Shown here in pieces: positions 26,782-37,846 of a stretch of 64,000 bases of DNA (the stretch's first letter is position 1; every line of letters begins with the position of its first letter). Made by a program: the position numbers and the translations under genes. The notes under the pieces were generated by a model. That model was given only the letters and a program-made list of their open reading frames with translations. It was not told where the DNA came from and made no database searches. The DNA is from Gammaproteobacteria bacterium (lineage in GTDB: Bacteria > Pseudomonadota > Gammaproteobacteria > UBA6429 > Thiohalophilaceae). The stretch spans positions 4,955 to 68,954 of the forward strand of contig JAJRZT010000065.1 in assembly GCA_024275115.1 (NCBI GenBank), written 5' to 3'.

Positions 26782-27396
26782 CTAGTCAAACTTCGTCATT
26801 TTAGCGTCTTCAATTTCACGCGCTTTTTTCAAAATCGCATGAAAACCGCTGGTATCTTTAATACCATGGCCACCTAAGATTTCCATTGGTGACAAACGTT
26901 TTGTTTTCATCATGCTCATACCGAGTGGCATGGCTTTTATCGCCACTTTAATACCATTAACCAGGCCGTTCATAAAATAGAGTGCAATACCCAATTTCAA
27001 TTCGTTAACGCGGCCTTTTTTGGTTAAGTTATTCCAAAATAAGATTGCGAACTTGCGTGTTGGCTGATTTTTAGGTGCAAGACCTAAACGGTGTGCGTAG
27101 TTAGCAAGACCGTGCATGATATGCGTAATGGGTAATTCACGTGGGCAACGGGCAATACAGTTGTAACATGATGTACACATCCACATTGCATCACTTGCTA
27201 ACACTTCGTCACGTTTACCGGCGCGAATCATCATAAAGATTTTTTGCGGGGTGTGTTCCCAGGCATTGCCTAATGGGCATGAACCGGCACATACACCACA
27301 CTGCATGCACATTTTAACCCAATGACCTTCTTCTACGTTCGCTTCGACTTCTTTAAGGAAGTTATTACGATAATAATTAATTGCATCTGTAGCCAT
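26782..27396 (-). CDS. hdrC: Heterodisulfide reductase subunit C-like 4Fe-4S protein
   Basis: Ferredoxin-type motifs CMQCGVCAGSCP and CTSCYNCIARCP. Confidence 0.8.
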   Translation of the reverse strand: MATDAINYYRNNFLKEVEANVEEGHWVKMCMQCGVCAGSCPLGNAWEHTPQKIFMMIRAGKRDEVLASDAMWMCTSCYNCIARCPRELPITHIMHGLANYAHRLGLAPKNQPTRKFAILFWNNLTKKGRVNELKLGIALYFMNGLVNGIKVAIKAMPLGMSMMKTKRLSPMEILGGHGIKDTSGFHAILKKAREIEDAKMTKFD

Positions 27397-27405
27397 GACT
27401 TCCTC

Positions 27406-29622
27406 CTAGAATTTAAACGGACTTAAACCGATTTTTTCAATCGTTTCAGCCATGTCATTAATGAGTTTAGGTGCGCGTTCGATATCGGTAATCGCAATCT
27501 CATAGGTTTCAACCCGTTCAGGCTCTAACGCTAAAGATTGCAGTGTATCGGCAACCTTGCTCATACGCTGATGGGCAATTTCTGAACCCTTAACAAAGTG
27601 ACACTGATAGTTTTCGCCTTTCTGGCACCCCATCAGGATAACGCCATCGTAACCGGAGTTCATCGCATCGGTAATCCAGATAAGATTGACCGAACCTAAA
27701 CAACGTACAGGAATAACCCGGGCATATGCGCTGTATTCTGTTTTATTCATTGCCCCCATATCGAGTGCTGGGTAGGCATCGTTTTCGCATGCAAGAACTA
27801 AAATACGCGGCTTTTCTTCAAACTCGTCCGGAATATCAACATTCTTAAGCTGTTGACCAACCGTGTCCACCGAATAGTTTTCGAACGAGATAACCCGAAC
27901 CGGGCAAGCACCCATACAGGTACCACAACGTCGGCAACGTGCTTCGTTGAATTGCGGGAAGCGTTGTTCATCTTCATCAATCGCACCAAATGGGCATTCC
28001 ACCGTGCAACGTTTGCACTGCGTACAACCTTCTCGACGGAACGATGGGTAACTTAAATCACCCGACCGAGGGTGTGCTGCACGACCTTTGCCGGCGTTTT
28101 CAATTTCCTGTAATGCTTTCATGGTGGCACCCACCGCATCTTCAATCGCTTGCGCACCGTCCATTGGACGACGCACAGGGCCACAGGTATAAATACCGGT
28201 ACGGCGTGTTTCGTAAGGGAAACAGATAAAGTGCGAGTCGTTAAAACCTTTGGTTAACTGAGGAATATCTTTGCCCTGACGGTAGTCGAGATTAAGAATG
28301 GAATCGACGTTAACCGTAAATTGACCGGGTTCATCCTGACCGACTTCGTCGATATCGACACCGCCGTTTGGAATCATGCCGGTGGCTAGAACTACTAAAT
28401 CGGCTTTTTCTGCCGTGTCTTCATCAAGAATAACATCTTTAAACTTAACGCTAAGTGAATCACCATCCTGAACCACTTGGCTAACGTCACCTTTAGTAAA
28501 GGTTACACCGTTCTTCTGACCCGCACGGTAAAAATCTTCACCGCTAACACCCGGCGTACGTAAATCAGAATAAATAATATTCGTATCCACATCCGGGTTT
28601 TGTTCTTTAAAGTATAACGCCTGTTTAATCGACGTTTGACAACAATGACCCGAGCAGTAATTTAAATGCCCTTCTTTGTCGCTACGCTGGCCGGCACACT
28701 GAACAAACACAACACTGTTAATGTCTTTGCCGTCTTTGGTTTTAATTGCACCGCCGTTTGCCGCCAATGCCATTTCATCGAGTTCGGCTTGCGTGACAAC
28801 ATTAGATGCTTTGCCGTAACCGAGTTCAGGTAGCTGGCTCGCATCGTATTCTCTGTAACCGGTTGCCTGAACAATCGCACCGAAGTTTTCAGTGGTTGTG
28901 TTGCCGCTTTCAGCAGAAATATCTGCCGAGAAACGACCCGGCGCACCGGATGTTTTAGTCAATGTTGAATTAAGGTGAACGGTAATATTATTGTCCGCCT
29001 CAATCGCCGCAATCATATCGGCAACGCCGGTATCCGCCGGTGCATCATAAGGCGCTTTCATTGGCAAGCCCTTATACATTCTGGCTGCTGCACCACCGAG
29101 TACCGCTGATTTTTCAACTAAATGCACCGGGTAGCCAGTTTTAGAAGCTTCGATTGCTGCGGTCATACCCGACACACCGCCACCCACAACCAATAATGTT
29201 TTATTATAAACCGCTTCTTCACTGCCTTGCGGGCGCTCCATGAATTTCACTTCATTCACGGCCATACGAACATAGTCATCGGCCATTTCTTGCGTGGTTT
29301 CTTTAGCTTCATCGGTATCGGGGCGAACCCAGATAACCCCTTCACGAATATTGCCGCGTGAGATAGCAACATTATCAAAATTAAAGGCTTCGACTTTAGC
29401 ACGTCGTGAACAGGCGCAAATCGCAACGTGGTTAACACCTTCGTTGTCGATATCGTCCTGAATCATTTTAATGCCGTCAGCATTACATAAAAATTCATGC
29501 TCTTTGGCTACGTGTGCTTTTGCATCGCGAGTGGCAATTTGTACCATTTGTGCTGTATCAACACGGTCACCAATACCACAACCTTTACAAATATAAGCAC
29601 CGATTTTCTTTTCGTCTGCCAT
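27406..29622 (-). CDS. qmoB: QmoB (HdrA-like flavoprotein with 2x[4Fe-4S] and a C-terminal MvhD-like domain)
   Basis: FAD fold LLVVGGGVSGMTAAIEA, iron-sulfur motifs CTQCKRCTVECP and CRRCGTCMGACP, and a C-terminal ..ILVLACENDAYPA..VRCLGSVN..GYDGVILMGC.. segment typical of MvhD. Confidence 0.8.
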   Translation of the reverse strand: MADEKKIGAYICKGCGIGDRVDTAQMVQIATRDAKAHVAKEHEFLCNADGIKMIQDDIDNEGVNHVAICACSRRAKVEAFNFDNVAISRGNIREGVIWVRPDTDEAKETTQEMADDYVRMAVNEVKFMERPQGSEEAVYNKTLLVVGGGVSGMTAAIEASKTGYPVHLVEKSAVLGGAAARMYKGLPMKAPYDAPADTGVADMIAAIEADNNITVHLNSTLTKTSGAPGRFSADISAESGNTTTENFGAIVQATGYREYDASQLPELGYGKASNVVTQAELDEMALAANGGAIKTKDGKDINSVVFVQCAGQRSDKEGHLNYCSGHCCQTSIKQALYFKEQNPDVDTNIIYSDLRTPGVSGEDFYRAGQKNGVTFTKGDVSQVVQDGDSLSVKFKDVILDEDTAEKADLVVLATGMIPNGGVDIDEVGQDEPGQFTVNVDSILNLDYRQGKDIPQLTKGFNDSHFICFPYETRRTGIYTCGPVRRPMDGAQAIEDAVGATMKALQEIENAGKGRAAHPRSGDLSYPSFRREGCTQCKRCTVECPFGAIDEDEQRFPQFNEARCRRCGTCMGACPVRVISFENYSVDTVGQQLKNVDIPDEFEEKPRILVLACENDAYPALDMGAMNKTEYSAYARVIPVRCLGSVNLIWITDAMNSGYDGVILMGCQKGENYQCHFVKGSEIAHQRMSKVADTLQSLALEPERVETYEIAITDIERAPKLINDMAETIEKIGLSPFKF

Positions 29623-29625
29623 GTT

Positions 29626-30906
29626 CTATCCCTCCGATCCAGCGACGCGATTCACAACCTGCACGGCCCGTAAGGCACTTGCGGTTGCACTTTGTACGGC
29701 GCGGTTTACATCTAATGCATCTGTCGAACAACCGGCTGCAAAAATACCGCCGTTTGATTCAGCTTGCTCGATATAACCATTTTCATTTACAACCACCTTC
29801 ATAGGGAAGTCGCTCACGCTTGGTTCCATACCAATCGCTAACACAACTAAATCATGTTCGTTGTCGTAACGGTTATAACCTTCGGTATCCACACCACGCA
29901 GGATGGGGTTGCCATTGCCTTTGTTTTCGTCGATACGAGCTACTTTTGATTTGGTAAAAGTAACATTGGGGTTAGCTTTAACTTTTTGATGGAAGTCGTC
30001 GATACGGTCGATTGCACGGATATCTATATAATAAATAGTGGACTTGCCGTCATCGCCATAAGCGTCTTCAACGTAATGGGTTTGCTTGAGTGAGGCCATA
30101 CAACAAATACGTGAACAGTGTTTTAAGTGGTTACGATCCCGTGAACCAGCGCATTGGATAAATGCCACGTTCTTCGCTTCGGCGTTATCACTTGGGCGTA
30201 ATAATTTACCGCCAGTTGGGCCATGTGGGTCGGCCATGCGTTCAAACTCAACCGAGGTAATCACATTTTGAATACGGTCATAACCATAAGGTTGAATCTT
30301 CGCCGCATCGTAAGGCTGCCAGCCAGTTGCCCAGATGATGGCACCTACGGTTAAAGTGGTTTCCTGCTCCTGCATATCCAGATCGATTGCACCGAACTTG
30401 CAGGCTTCTTTGGCTTTAGTCGCATCGGGCGTACCGATGATGGCTGGATCTAAAACATAACGCTGTGGGTGCGCCATAGCACTTGGCAAGTAAGCCCCTT
30501 TACGTTTGTTTAAATTGTAATTATGCTCATTGTCGAATTCGGCTTCGACTGCCGTACCACATGCACCACAAGCCGTGCAGCTTTCGTTCACATAACGCGG
30601 CGCTGTTTTTAAAGTAACACTGTAGTTGCCTTCTTCGCCTTCAACGGCCGATACTTCGGTCATGGTTAATAAGCGCAGGTTAGGGTTCATTTTCAATCGA
30701 CGCTGATTGATTTCCATACCGCAGGTGGGGTGACACATTTTAGGGAAATATTTATAGAGTTTACCTACTCGACCACCCACAGAAGGGGTTTTTTCCACCA
30801 AAATAACTTGTTTACCAAATTCAGCCGCTTCCAGCGCAGCGGTCATCCCGCTAATTCCGCCGCCCACGACTAAAATGGTCTCATTTGTAGCGATTATATC
30901 CGCCAT
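29626..30906 (-). CDS. qmoA: QmoA (HdrA-like FAD protein)
   Basis: ILVVGGGISGMTAALEAA..VILVEK. The 426-aa length and its position directly upstream of qmoB fit QmoA. Confidence 0.8.
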   Translation of the reverse strand: MADIIATNETILVVGGGISGMTAALEAAEFGKQVILVEKTPSVGGRVGKLYKYFPKMCHPTCGMEINQRRLKMNPNLRLLTMTEVSAVEGEEGNYSVTLKTAPRYVNESCTACGACGTAVEAEFDNEHNYNLNKRKGAYLPSAMAHPQRYVLDPAIIGTPDATKAKEACKFGAIDLDMQEQETTLTVGAIIWATGWQPYDAAKIQPYGYDRIQNVITSVEFERMADPHGPTGGKLLRPSDNAEAKNVAFIQCAGSRDRNHLKHCSRICCMASLKQTHYVEDAYGDDGKSTIYYIDIRAIDRIDDFHQKVKANPNVTFTKSKVARIDENKGNGNPILRGVDTEGYNRYDNEHDLVVLAIGMEPSVSDFPMKVVVNENGYIEQAESNGGIFAAGCSTDALDVNRAVQSATASALRAVQVVNRVAGSEG

Positions 30907-31331
30907 CGACTCAGCTCCTAAACTATACGGCTTACACTAGTACCCACCAGCGAAGCGATAATTTGACGTTAAAATTCTGTAATTCTTATTTTTACTTTAA
31001 ATAACAGCAAGTTAGTTACCCCAATAAATCATTTTACCCGCCTTTTGGCACGACCTATGGATGCTATTAAAAGTGGGAGCAACTTTGACCGATCAGCGGC
31101 TGAAAAACAAGTCATAAATATCTCTATGACCATAAAATGATTTTATTTAAGCGGTTGATTGCATAGGCTTAATTTATTTGATTAGACAGCAAATACCCCA
31201 CCAAAGTACTAAGCTAATTTAGACAAATGTAGGCGGCGACTCGGGATAAAAATCTTAATCCTTTAAAGTTGATAGCATGGTTAGCCTCGGGCTCATAATA
31301 CCGTCTCCGCTAATAATTTAATTATATAGAA

Positions 31332-32000
31332 TTAGTGCATTTGCCCAATATAAGCAGCTAAGGCTTTAATTTCTCCATCTGAAAGCCTTTTTGACACCCC
31401 TTCCATAATGGGACTGCGACGTTTAGTACTTTTTCCCATTGCCGCCGTATTTGAATTTTGGCGGAAGCGGCGTAATGTGTTTTCAACATATAGCGTTTTC
31501 TGACCCGCAATACGAGCGAAGTCTGCTTTACCGATACCCTTTTCACCGTGACACATGCCACACTTACCTGCATATAACGGCTGCCCCTGGGTTGCTAGCT
31601 GAGTATCTGTTTTAACCGGTATAACCCGCATATTGGCATAGAATATTGTCAGGTTAACCTTGTCTTCAGGGGAAAAATTCTTTGCTAATGCGTTCATTAC
31701 AAAATCTTTTCGCCTTCCATCTGCAAATTTCTGGATTTGCTCAAGCAGGTACACAGGATTTTGTGAAGCCAGATTAGGAATATCCATCTTCACACTATTG
31801 CCGTCTTTTCCATGGCATTGACTGCACAACAAAGCACGCTCTTTACCCATTACAATTGCCTGTTGTTTAAGTTCAGGGGATGATTGTTTTTTTTTCAAAT
31901 CAATAAACATCTGCGTCGATTTTATATCTTTTGCATATGCCGGCAAACTGGAAAAACAAAACACCATAACGATAATAATACGACTTATTGAAATAAGCAT
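31332..32000 (-). CDS. Dihaem cytochrome c4-type protein
   Basis: Two CxxCH sites (CSQCHG, CGMCHG), each followed by a distal Met region. It has a signal peptide from MLISISRIIIVMVFCFSSLPAYA. Confidence 0.8.
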   Translation of the reverse strand: MLISISRIIIVMVFCFSSLPAYAKDIKSTQMFIDLKKKQSSPELKQQAIVMGKERALLCSQCHGKDGNSVKMDIPNLASQNPVYLLEQIQKFADGRRKDFVMNALAKNFSPEDKVNLTIFYANMRVIPVKTDTQLATQGQPLYAGKCGMCHGEKGIGKADFARIAGQKTLYVENTLRRFRQNSNTAAMGKSTKRRSPIMEGVSKRLSDGEIKALAAYIGQMH

Positions 32001-32427
32001 TTTACACCTCATACCCTTCATATTTTTTGTACACCAATAAAATATTGTTCAATTCGAAATACCGCAGCTGAATAATCTTTATTATTTAGAAAAAGAGCAG
32101 CAACGATGGAGTACAGTATAAAGAAAATATAACACCTTGTCAGACGTCGATTTATTAAACAACCAACTGATTATGGCTGTCTACACTCATATTGAACAAC
32201 CAATACCCGACTGAAAGACTAAGGGTTTCTTATCATAAATTAAATTAAGTTAATGAAATTTAGCAAAAAGAGCAGAGAAACAATATTGAGCCCCAAAACG
32301 CCACCTTTTGAATATTATTTTTAATGCATTAACATAGTTGTACACGATTAAATTAGGAACGGAACTTACGAGGCTACTTTTGTCTATAATGTATACCGAA
32401 CCTGTCAGTCTGGGATAACACAGCAAA

Positions 32428-32976
32428 ATGAAACCTAAAGTAAAAAAACGGAGTGTTATTTTCACAGTGATTCTGGCTCTTGGCAATGTCACTGGGTTGG
32501 TCATTGCAACACCTGCCAATACCGAAACAATCAGCACGAGCTGGCAGCTAACCCTGAACCAGGATCTGACCATTCCCGGACAAAGTGCAGGTATTTACCT
32601 GCAACATGGCAAGGCGGTTACCGAAGCAAATACCGATCAATATTACCCAAACTGCCGGCTGGAAGTACGTTACCCTCAAGATAAACCACAAACCATAACA
32701 GCCGATACTTTCAGTATTTACCGTGTTAAATGGACCGAAGAGGATGTTTTACTGCACTCGAATCAGTACGCATCCAATGGGATAATACAGGTTTCAAGCC
32801 CCACAGCGGATGACTATACCACCACGCTCTACCTACGTTCCGGGAAACAACCTGATGTAACTCGGCTTATTTGCAGGCACTGGGAAGATCCCACCGGCTT
32901 TGCTGAACACCTAAGCGTAAAGCAAATTCGCAGCGCGTTGGGAAAGATATTTACCCTGCAACCAAAAAATAAATAA
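32428..32976 (+). CDS. Hypothetical secreted protein (182 aa)
   Basis: It has an N-terminal signal-like segment (KKRSVIFTVILALGNVTGLVIATPA). I recognised no family. Confidence 0.45.
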   Translation: MKPKVKKRSVIFTVILALGNVTGLVIATPANTETISTSWQLTLNQDLTIPGQSAGIYLQHGKAVTEANTDQYYPNCRLEVRYPQDKPQTITADTFSIYRVKWTEEDVLLHSNQYASNGIIQVSSPTADDYTTTLYLRSGKQPDVTRLICRHWEDPTGFAEHLSVKQIRSALGKIFTLQPKNK

Positions 32977-33062
32977 ATTATGCCGGCCATTGGGTCAAGC
33001 CAGGCTTACTTAACCTGCCTGTGAGTGTTTGATTTGACCCGGTTGTTGAAATAAACAATAGG

Positions 33063-33761
33063 CTATTGTCCGTAACGCCCTTTTAGAGTAACGGTAAGCT
33101 TAATCGTGTCGTTATATGTTTCCAGCTCAACCGTTTCTCTTTTCCCATTTTGCTGAATTAAATACGTTGTTTTAAATGTATTATCGAGATCGCCGGATGG
33201 TTTAGTCGTCGTGTTTAAAAATATTAGTTTTGCCAGGCCATTAAAACCATCGTCGAGCTGCCACGACAAGGTGGAGGTGAAATTTCTCTTGTCGATATAA
33301 GTGCCTATTATTCCTGACTGGCCTATTTTGGCTCTGACTGGAATGTCTGTTGTTGTTGCTTTTACCGTTGTAATATCACCACTAACGCCTACGAAACGCC
33401 TGACATTAACATTGGTACTATAATAACTCGTTACGATCGCTGTACCAAAGCCCATGCCCACCGCAAAAAACGCCGTTGTTGTTTGAATAGGAGATACTCT
33501 GATACCTAAAAAAGCGGTCCTCAATAAGAGCTTTTCAGCAATATTGCCGGTCAAATTTATCCCTCTGCTATCCGATCCGGTCAAGGATGCAGAAACATCG
33601 TAGTCGATAAAATAATTACCTGGGAATAATTGAAACTTAATGCTAGTGCTTGTCGGCTGTGCTTTATTGGCCGCAGAAGCGGCAGTGAGGGCAAAGAAAT
33701 AAGCACCCAATATCAATACGCTAACTAGAAAATATTTTTTTGTATTATTTTTAGTGTTCAT
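33063..33761 (-). CDS. Hypothetical secreted beta-rich protein (232 aa)
   Basis: ATG 33761 has a GGAGG RBS. The signal peptide is KKYFLVSVLILGAYFFALTAASA. It is Thr/Ser/Gly-rich and I recognised no family. Confidence 0.45.
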   Translation of the reverse strand: MNTKNNTKKYFLVSVLILGAYFFALTAASAANKAQPTSTSIKFQLFPGNYFIDYDVSASLTGSDSRGINLTGNIAEKLLLRTAFLGIRVSPIQTTTAFFAVGMGFGTAIVTSYYSTNVNVRRFVGVSGDITTVKATTTDIPVRAKIGQSGIIGTYIDKRNFTSTLSWQLDDGFNGLAKLIFLNTTTKPSGDLDNTFKTTYLIQQNGKRETVELETYNDTIKLTVTLKGRYGQ

Positions 33762-34157
33762 GTGACCTCCATTTCTATTTCTTAATTCATCGCCAATATT
33801 TTGTAAAAGATTATAACAATATAGTAAAGTAAGTTGAGCGATCGAGGGACAAAACACCAATATCATTGCTATTAGCGATTAGCACGCATTGATTGAACGT
33901 TCGCTTTCTTATTTTAATGGGCAAACGATCCTTCTACTCATTGAAGTACCCTATATATAGTATAAACTTCACCTAAAAATGGCATGTGCTCAACTTTTTC
34001 TAGCCTTACCCGATACAGCAGCTTAAACTTGAGTGCTTTAGTCAACGACTCTTGTATCTAGTAAGGTGATACATTAGAATATTAGAGTTCGCTAATTAAC
34101 TATTCATAGAATTTATCCATCCATTAAATTACCACTAATTGAACGATTGAGTCCTTT

Positions 34158-37082
34158 ATGTCCTATTCCAGTACTGCATCCACTGAACAAGCTTCCGCTA
34201 ACGAACGCACCGTCAACGCTAGAATCGAAGTTAAAAATACCACTTGCTATATGTGTGCTTGCCGCTGCGGAATTCGTGTCACTATACGCGATGGTGAAGT
34301 TCGCTATATTCAGGGCAACCCAGAACACCCATTAAATAAAGGGGTTATTTGCGCAAAAGGTGCTTCGGGCATTATGAAGCAATACTCACCTGCGCGCTTA
34401 ACTAAGCCGTTAAAACGTAAAGCAGGGGCTGACCGGGGTGATGCAGAATTTGAAGAAATTAGCTGGGAAGAGGCACTTTCAACCATTAGCGAACGCTTAG
34501 AGCATCTTCGCAAAACCGACCCGAAGAAATTCGCGCTGTTTACTGGCCGCGACCAAATGCAGGCCTTAACCGGCATGTTTGCCAAGCAATTCGGCACACC
34601 TAACTATGCGGCACACGGCGGTTTTTGCTCGGTCAATATGGCCGCAGGGATGATTTACACCATTGGTGGCTCGTTCTGGGAGTTTGGTGGGCCAGATTTA
34701 GACCGTGCAAAATTATTTGTGATGATCGGCACCGCCGAAGATCATCATTCCAACCCAATGAAAATGGCTCTGTCTAAATTCAAGCGTAATGGCGGTCGTT
34801 TTATTTCGATTAACCCGGTTCGTAGTGGTTATTCGGCCATTGCCGACGAATGGGTGCCGATTAAACCCGGCACCGACGGTGCTTTATTCCTGGCCTTAAT
34901 TCATGAGCTGATTAAACAGGGTTTATATGACCGTGAATTTTTAACCCAGTACTCTAATTCTGCACAACTTATTATTGATGATGCTCAAGACGATGACGAT
35001 GGCATGTTCATTCGAACCGATGTACCACAGGACACCGAATGTTTTGATGCCCAGGATGCTGTCTGGTGGGATCGCCTAACCGACAAACCGGTTCGTACCC
35101 ACACAAAAGAAGCCGACCCTTTCTTACTGGGCGAATTCACTATGCCCGATGGCACCAAAGCTAAGCCTGCATTCCAGATGCTAAAAGAACGGGTTGAGCA
35201 ATACACCCCAGAATGGGCGAGTAAAATTACCGGCATTTCAGCCGACACCATTCAACGCCTTGCCTACGAAATGGGCATTACCGCACGCGATGAAAAAATT
35301 GAATTACCGATTGCCTGGACGGATGTTTGGGGCAACGACCACGACACCGTAACCGGCAACCCAGTTGCCTTCCATTCAATGCGCGGAACAGCCGCCCATT
35401 CCAATGGCTTCCAGACCATTCGTGCAATGTCGATACTCATGTCGTTACTTGGCACCATTGACCGTCCCGGTGGCTTCCGCCATAAAGCGCCCTTCCCGCG
35501 TCCTATTCCACCGTGTGCTAAAACACCCAAAGGCCCGGAAGGCGTACAACCAGAAACACCACTAGGTGGCATGCCCCTCGGCTGGCCAGCCGACCCAGAT
35601 GATTTGTTTGTTGAAGACGATGGTACACCAGTACGTATCGATAAAGCCTTTTCATGGGAATATCCGCTATCGGCGCACGGCTTAATGCACAATGCCATTA
35701 CCAATGCATGGCGCGGCGACCCGTACGAAATTGATACCCTGATGATATTTATGGCCAACATGGCGTGGAACTCCAGCATGAACACCACTGAAGTGCGTAA
35801 AATGCTCAACGACAAAAAAGAAGACGGCGAATATAAAATTCCGTTCTTAATTGTTGCCGATGCCTTCCAGTCTGAAATGACCGCCTACGCCGATTTAATT
35901 TTACCCGACACCACTTACCTCGAACGCCATGACGTTATGAGTATGTTAGACCGGCCTATTTCTGAATTCGATGGCCCGGTTGACTCGGTACGTATTCCGG
36001 TGGTTGAACCTAAAGGCGACTGCCGACCATTCCAGGAAGTCATTATTGAACTGGGCTCACGTTTAAAACTACCCGCCTTTACCAATGATAAAGGCGAACG
36101 CAAATTCCGTGACTACCCGGACTTTGTAGTGAACTATGAAACCGAACCGGGTTCTGGCATTGGCTTCCTCGCCGGTTGGCGCGGCAAAGGCGGCGAAAAG
36201 TTTATGAAAGGTGAGCCTAACCCTAACCAATGGGAAATGTACGAAAAAAATAATTGCGTTTATCAGTATCATTTACCAAAATCATTCCAGTACATGCGTA
36301 ACTGGAATGCCGGTTACTTACAATGGGCGCAGGAACACCGTTTAACAAAATACGCCGAACCCATTAACATTCATATTTATTCTGAAGTGTTACAAAAATT
36401 CCGTTTAGCGGCACAAGGCAAACGTGAAGGCAAACAACCGCCTGAACATTTACGTAAACGTGTAGAAACCCATTTTGATCCGCTGCCATTTTATAGCGAG
36501 CCATTAGAATCGCAATTAACGGACAAACATAAGTACCCTTTAAACGCGATTACCCAACGGCCGATGGCGATGTACCATTCATGGGATTCACAAAATGCCT
36601 GGTTACGTCAAATCCACGCGCACAACTATTTGCATCTGCACCCTTCGCTCGGTGAAAAGCATGGCTTTGCCGATGGTGACTGGATCTGGGTTGAGTCGAT
36701 GCACGGTAAAGTACGTTGCATGTGCCGCTTTAGTGAAGCGGTTGAACCGGGTACAGTGTGGACATGGAACGCCATTGGTAAGGCATCCGGTGCATGGAAT
36801 CTGGACAAAGATGCCAATGAATCTAAAAAAGGTTTTCTGTTGAACCATTTAATTTCGGAAGAGCTCCCCGCCAATGAAGCGGGTGAGCACCTATCAAACT
36901 CTGACCCGATTACAGGGCAGGCAGGTTGGTATGATGTGCGGGTTCGCGTATATAAAGCCGATGAAAACGAAGCAGCCGAAACGTATCCGCAGTTTGATGC
37001 CATCAAAAGCTACCCCGGTCAGGATAAGCCCCGCAAGTGGTTAAGTTTTTTTGCTGGCAAATTTAATAAAGCTAAAAAGTAA
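34158..37082 (+). CDS. soeA: Molybdopterin (bis-PGD) oxidoreductase catalytic subunit without a Tat signal; SoeA-like cytoplasmic sulfite dehydrogenase
   Basis: An N-terminal FS0 Cys cluster (CYMCACRCG...VICAKG) is present. No RR motif precedes it. It is 974 aa and is followed by FeS and NrfD/DmsC-type subunits, the SoeABC architecture described in Allochromatium vinosum. Confidence 0.65.
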   Translation: MSYSSTASTEQASANERTVNARIEVKNTTCYMCACRCGIRVTIRDGEVRYIQGNPEHPLNKGVICAKGASGIMKQYSPARLTKPLKRKAGADRGDAEFEEISWEEALSTISERLEHLRKTDPKKFALFTGRDQMQALTGMFAKQFGTPNYAAHGGFCSVNMAAGMIYTIGGSFWEFGGPDLDRAKLFVMIGTAEDHHSNPMKMALSKFKRNGGRFISINPVRSGYSAIADEWVPIKPGTDGALFLALIHELIKQGLYDREFLTQYSNSAQLIIDDAQDDDDGMFIRTDVPQDTECFDAQDAVWWDRLTDKPVRTHTKEADPFLLGEFTMPDGTKAKPAFQMLKERVEQYTPEWASKITGISADTIQRLAYEMGITARDEKIELPIAWTDVWGNDHDTVTGNPVAFHSMRGTAAHSNGFQTIRAMSILMSLLGTIDRPGGFRHKAPFPRPIPPCAKTPKGPEGVQPETPLGGMPLGWPADPDDLFVEDDGTPVRIDKAFSWEYPLSAHGLMHNAITNAWRGDPYEIDTLMIFMANMAWNSSMNTTEVRKMLNDKKEDGEYKIPFLIVADAFQSEMTAYADLILPDTTYLERHDVMSMLDRPISEFDGPVDSVRIPVVEPKGDCRPFQEVIIELGSRLKLPAFTNDKGERKFRDYPDFVVNYETEPGSGIGFLAGWRGKGGEKFMKGEPNPNQWEMYEKNNCVYQYHLPKSFQYMRNWNAGYLQWAQEHRLTKYAEPINIHIYSEVLQKFRLAAQGKREGKQPPEHLRKRVETHFDPLPFYSEPLESQLTDKHKYPLNAITQRPMAMYHSWDSQNAWLRQIHAHNYLHLHPSLGEKHGFADGDWIWVESMHGKVRCMCRFSEAVEPGTVWTWNAIGKASGAWNLDKDANESKKGFLLNHLISEELPANEAGEHLSNSDPITGQAGWYDVRVRVYKADENEAAETYPQFDAIKSYPGQDKPRKWLSFFAGKFNKAKK

Positions 37083-37102
37083 GATAAAACAGGATTCAAA
37101 TA

Positions 37103-37834
37103 ATGACTCAGTTAGCATTAGTTATCGACTTAAACGTTTGCGTCGGCTGCCATGCCTGCGTAACCAGCTGTAAAGAATGGAATACCTCTGGCCCCGCCGG
37201 TTCAATGTGTGACGATAACCCTTACGGGAAAGATCCAACTGGCACATTCTTTAACCGTGTACAAACCTATGAAGTCGGCGAATTCCCATTAACCGAAACC
37301 GTTCACTTCCCTAAAAGTTGTTTGCATTGTGAAGATCCACCGTGTGTACCCGTTTGCCCTACTGGCGCAAGTTATAAACGCGAGTCCGACGGCATTGTCT
37401 TAGTTGATTACGATAAGTGCATTGGTTGCCGTTACTGTTCATGGGCCTGCCCTTACGGTGCACGTGAAATTGATGAGCATCAGAAGGTAATGAAAAAATG
37501 TACCCTGTGTGTTGACCGAATTTATGATGAAGAATTACCCGAAGAAGAACGTAAACCAGCTTGCGTATTAGCTTGCCCAACCAGCGCGCGTTTATTTGGT
37601 GATGTACATGATTCGGAATCGGAAATATCCGTTGCCATTCGTGAAGAAGGTGGTTACCAACTTATGCCAGAGTGGGGAACAAAACCATCTAACCATTATT
37701 TACCACGGCGTAAAATACGTAAACATATTCATAAAGATGAACTGGAACGTGCAGATAACCCATTGAATAAAGAACAACGTAAACCGCATGGTCCGATTGA
37801 TGCGCCTACGTTGGATGATTCAACCAGTTGGTAA
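37103..37834 (+). CDS. soeB: 4x[4Fe-4S] electron-transfer subunit (SoeB-like)
   Basis: Motifs CVGCHACVTSC, CLHCEDPPCVPVCP, CIGCRYCSWACP and CTLCVDR..ACVLACP. Confidence 0.7.
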   Translation: MTQLALVIDLNVCVGCHACVTSCKEWNTSGPAGSMCDDNPYGKDPTGTFFNRVQTYEVGEFPLTETVHFPKSCLHCEDPPCVPVCPTGASYKRESDGIVLVDYDKCIGCRYCSWACPYGAREIDEHQKVMKKCTLCVDRIYDEELPEEERKPACVLACPTSARLFGDVHDSESEISVAIREEGGYQLMPEWGTKPSNHYLPRRKIRKHIHKDELERADNPLNKEQRKPHGPIDAPTLDDSTSW

Positions 37835-37846
37835 TCAATTATATAT

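Noticed and set aside
31046-31064. TGGCAC hexamer (a possible sigma-54 -24 box) upstream of qmoA
   Set aside because: It is on the plus strand while the adjacent operon is on the minus strand. No TTGC/GC element lies at the required spacing.
32250-32573. 107-aa minus-strand ORF overlapping the start of the 182-aa secreted protein gene
   Set aside because: It has no RBS and gives an AT-rich, low-complexity translation. It conflicts with the better-supported plus-strand ORF, which has a signal peptide.
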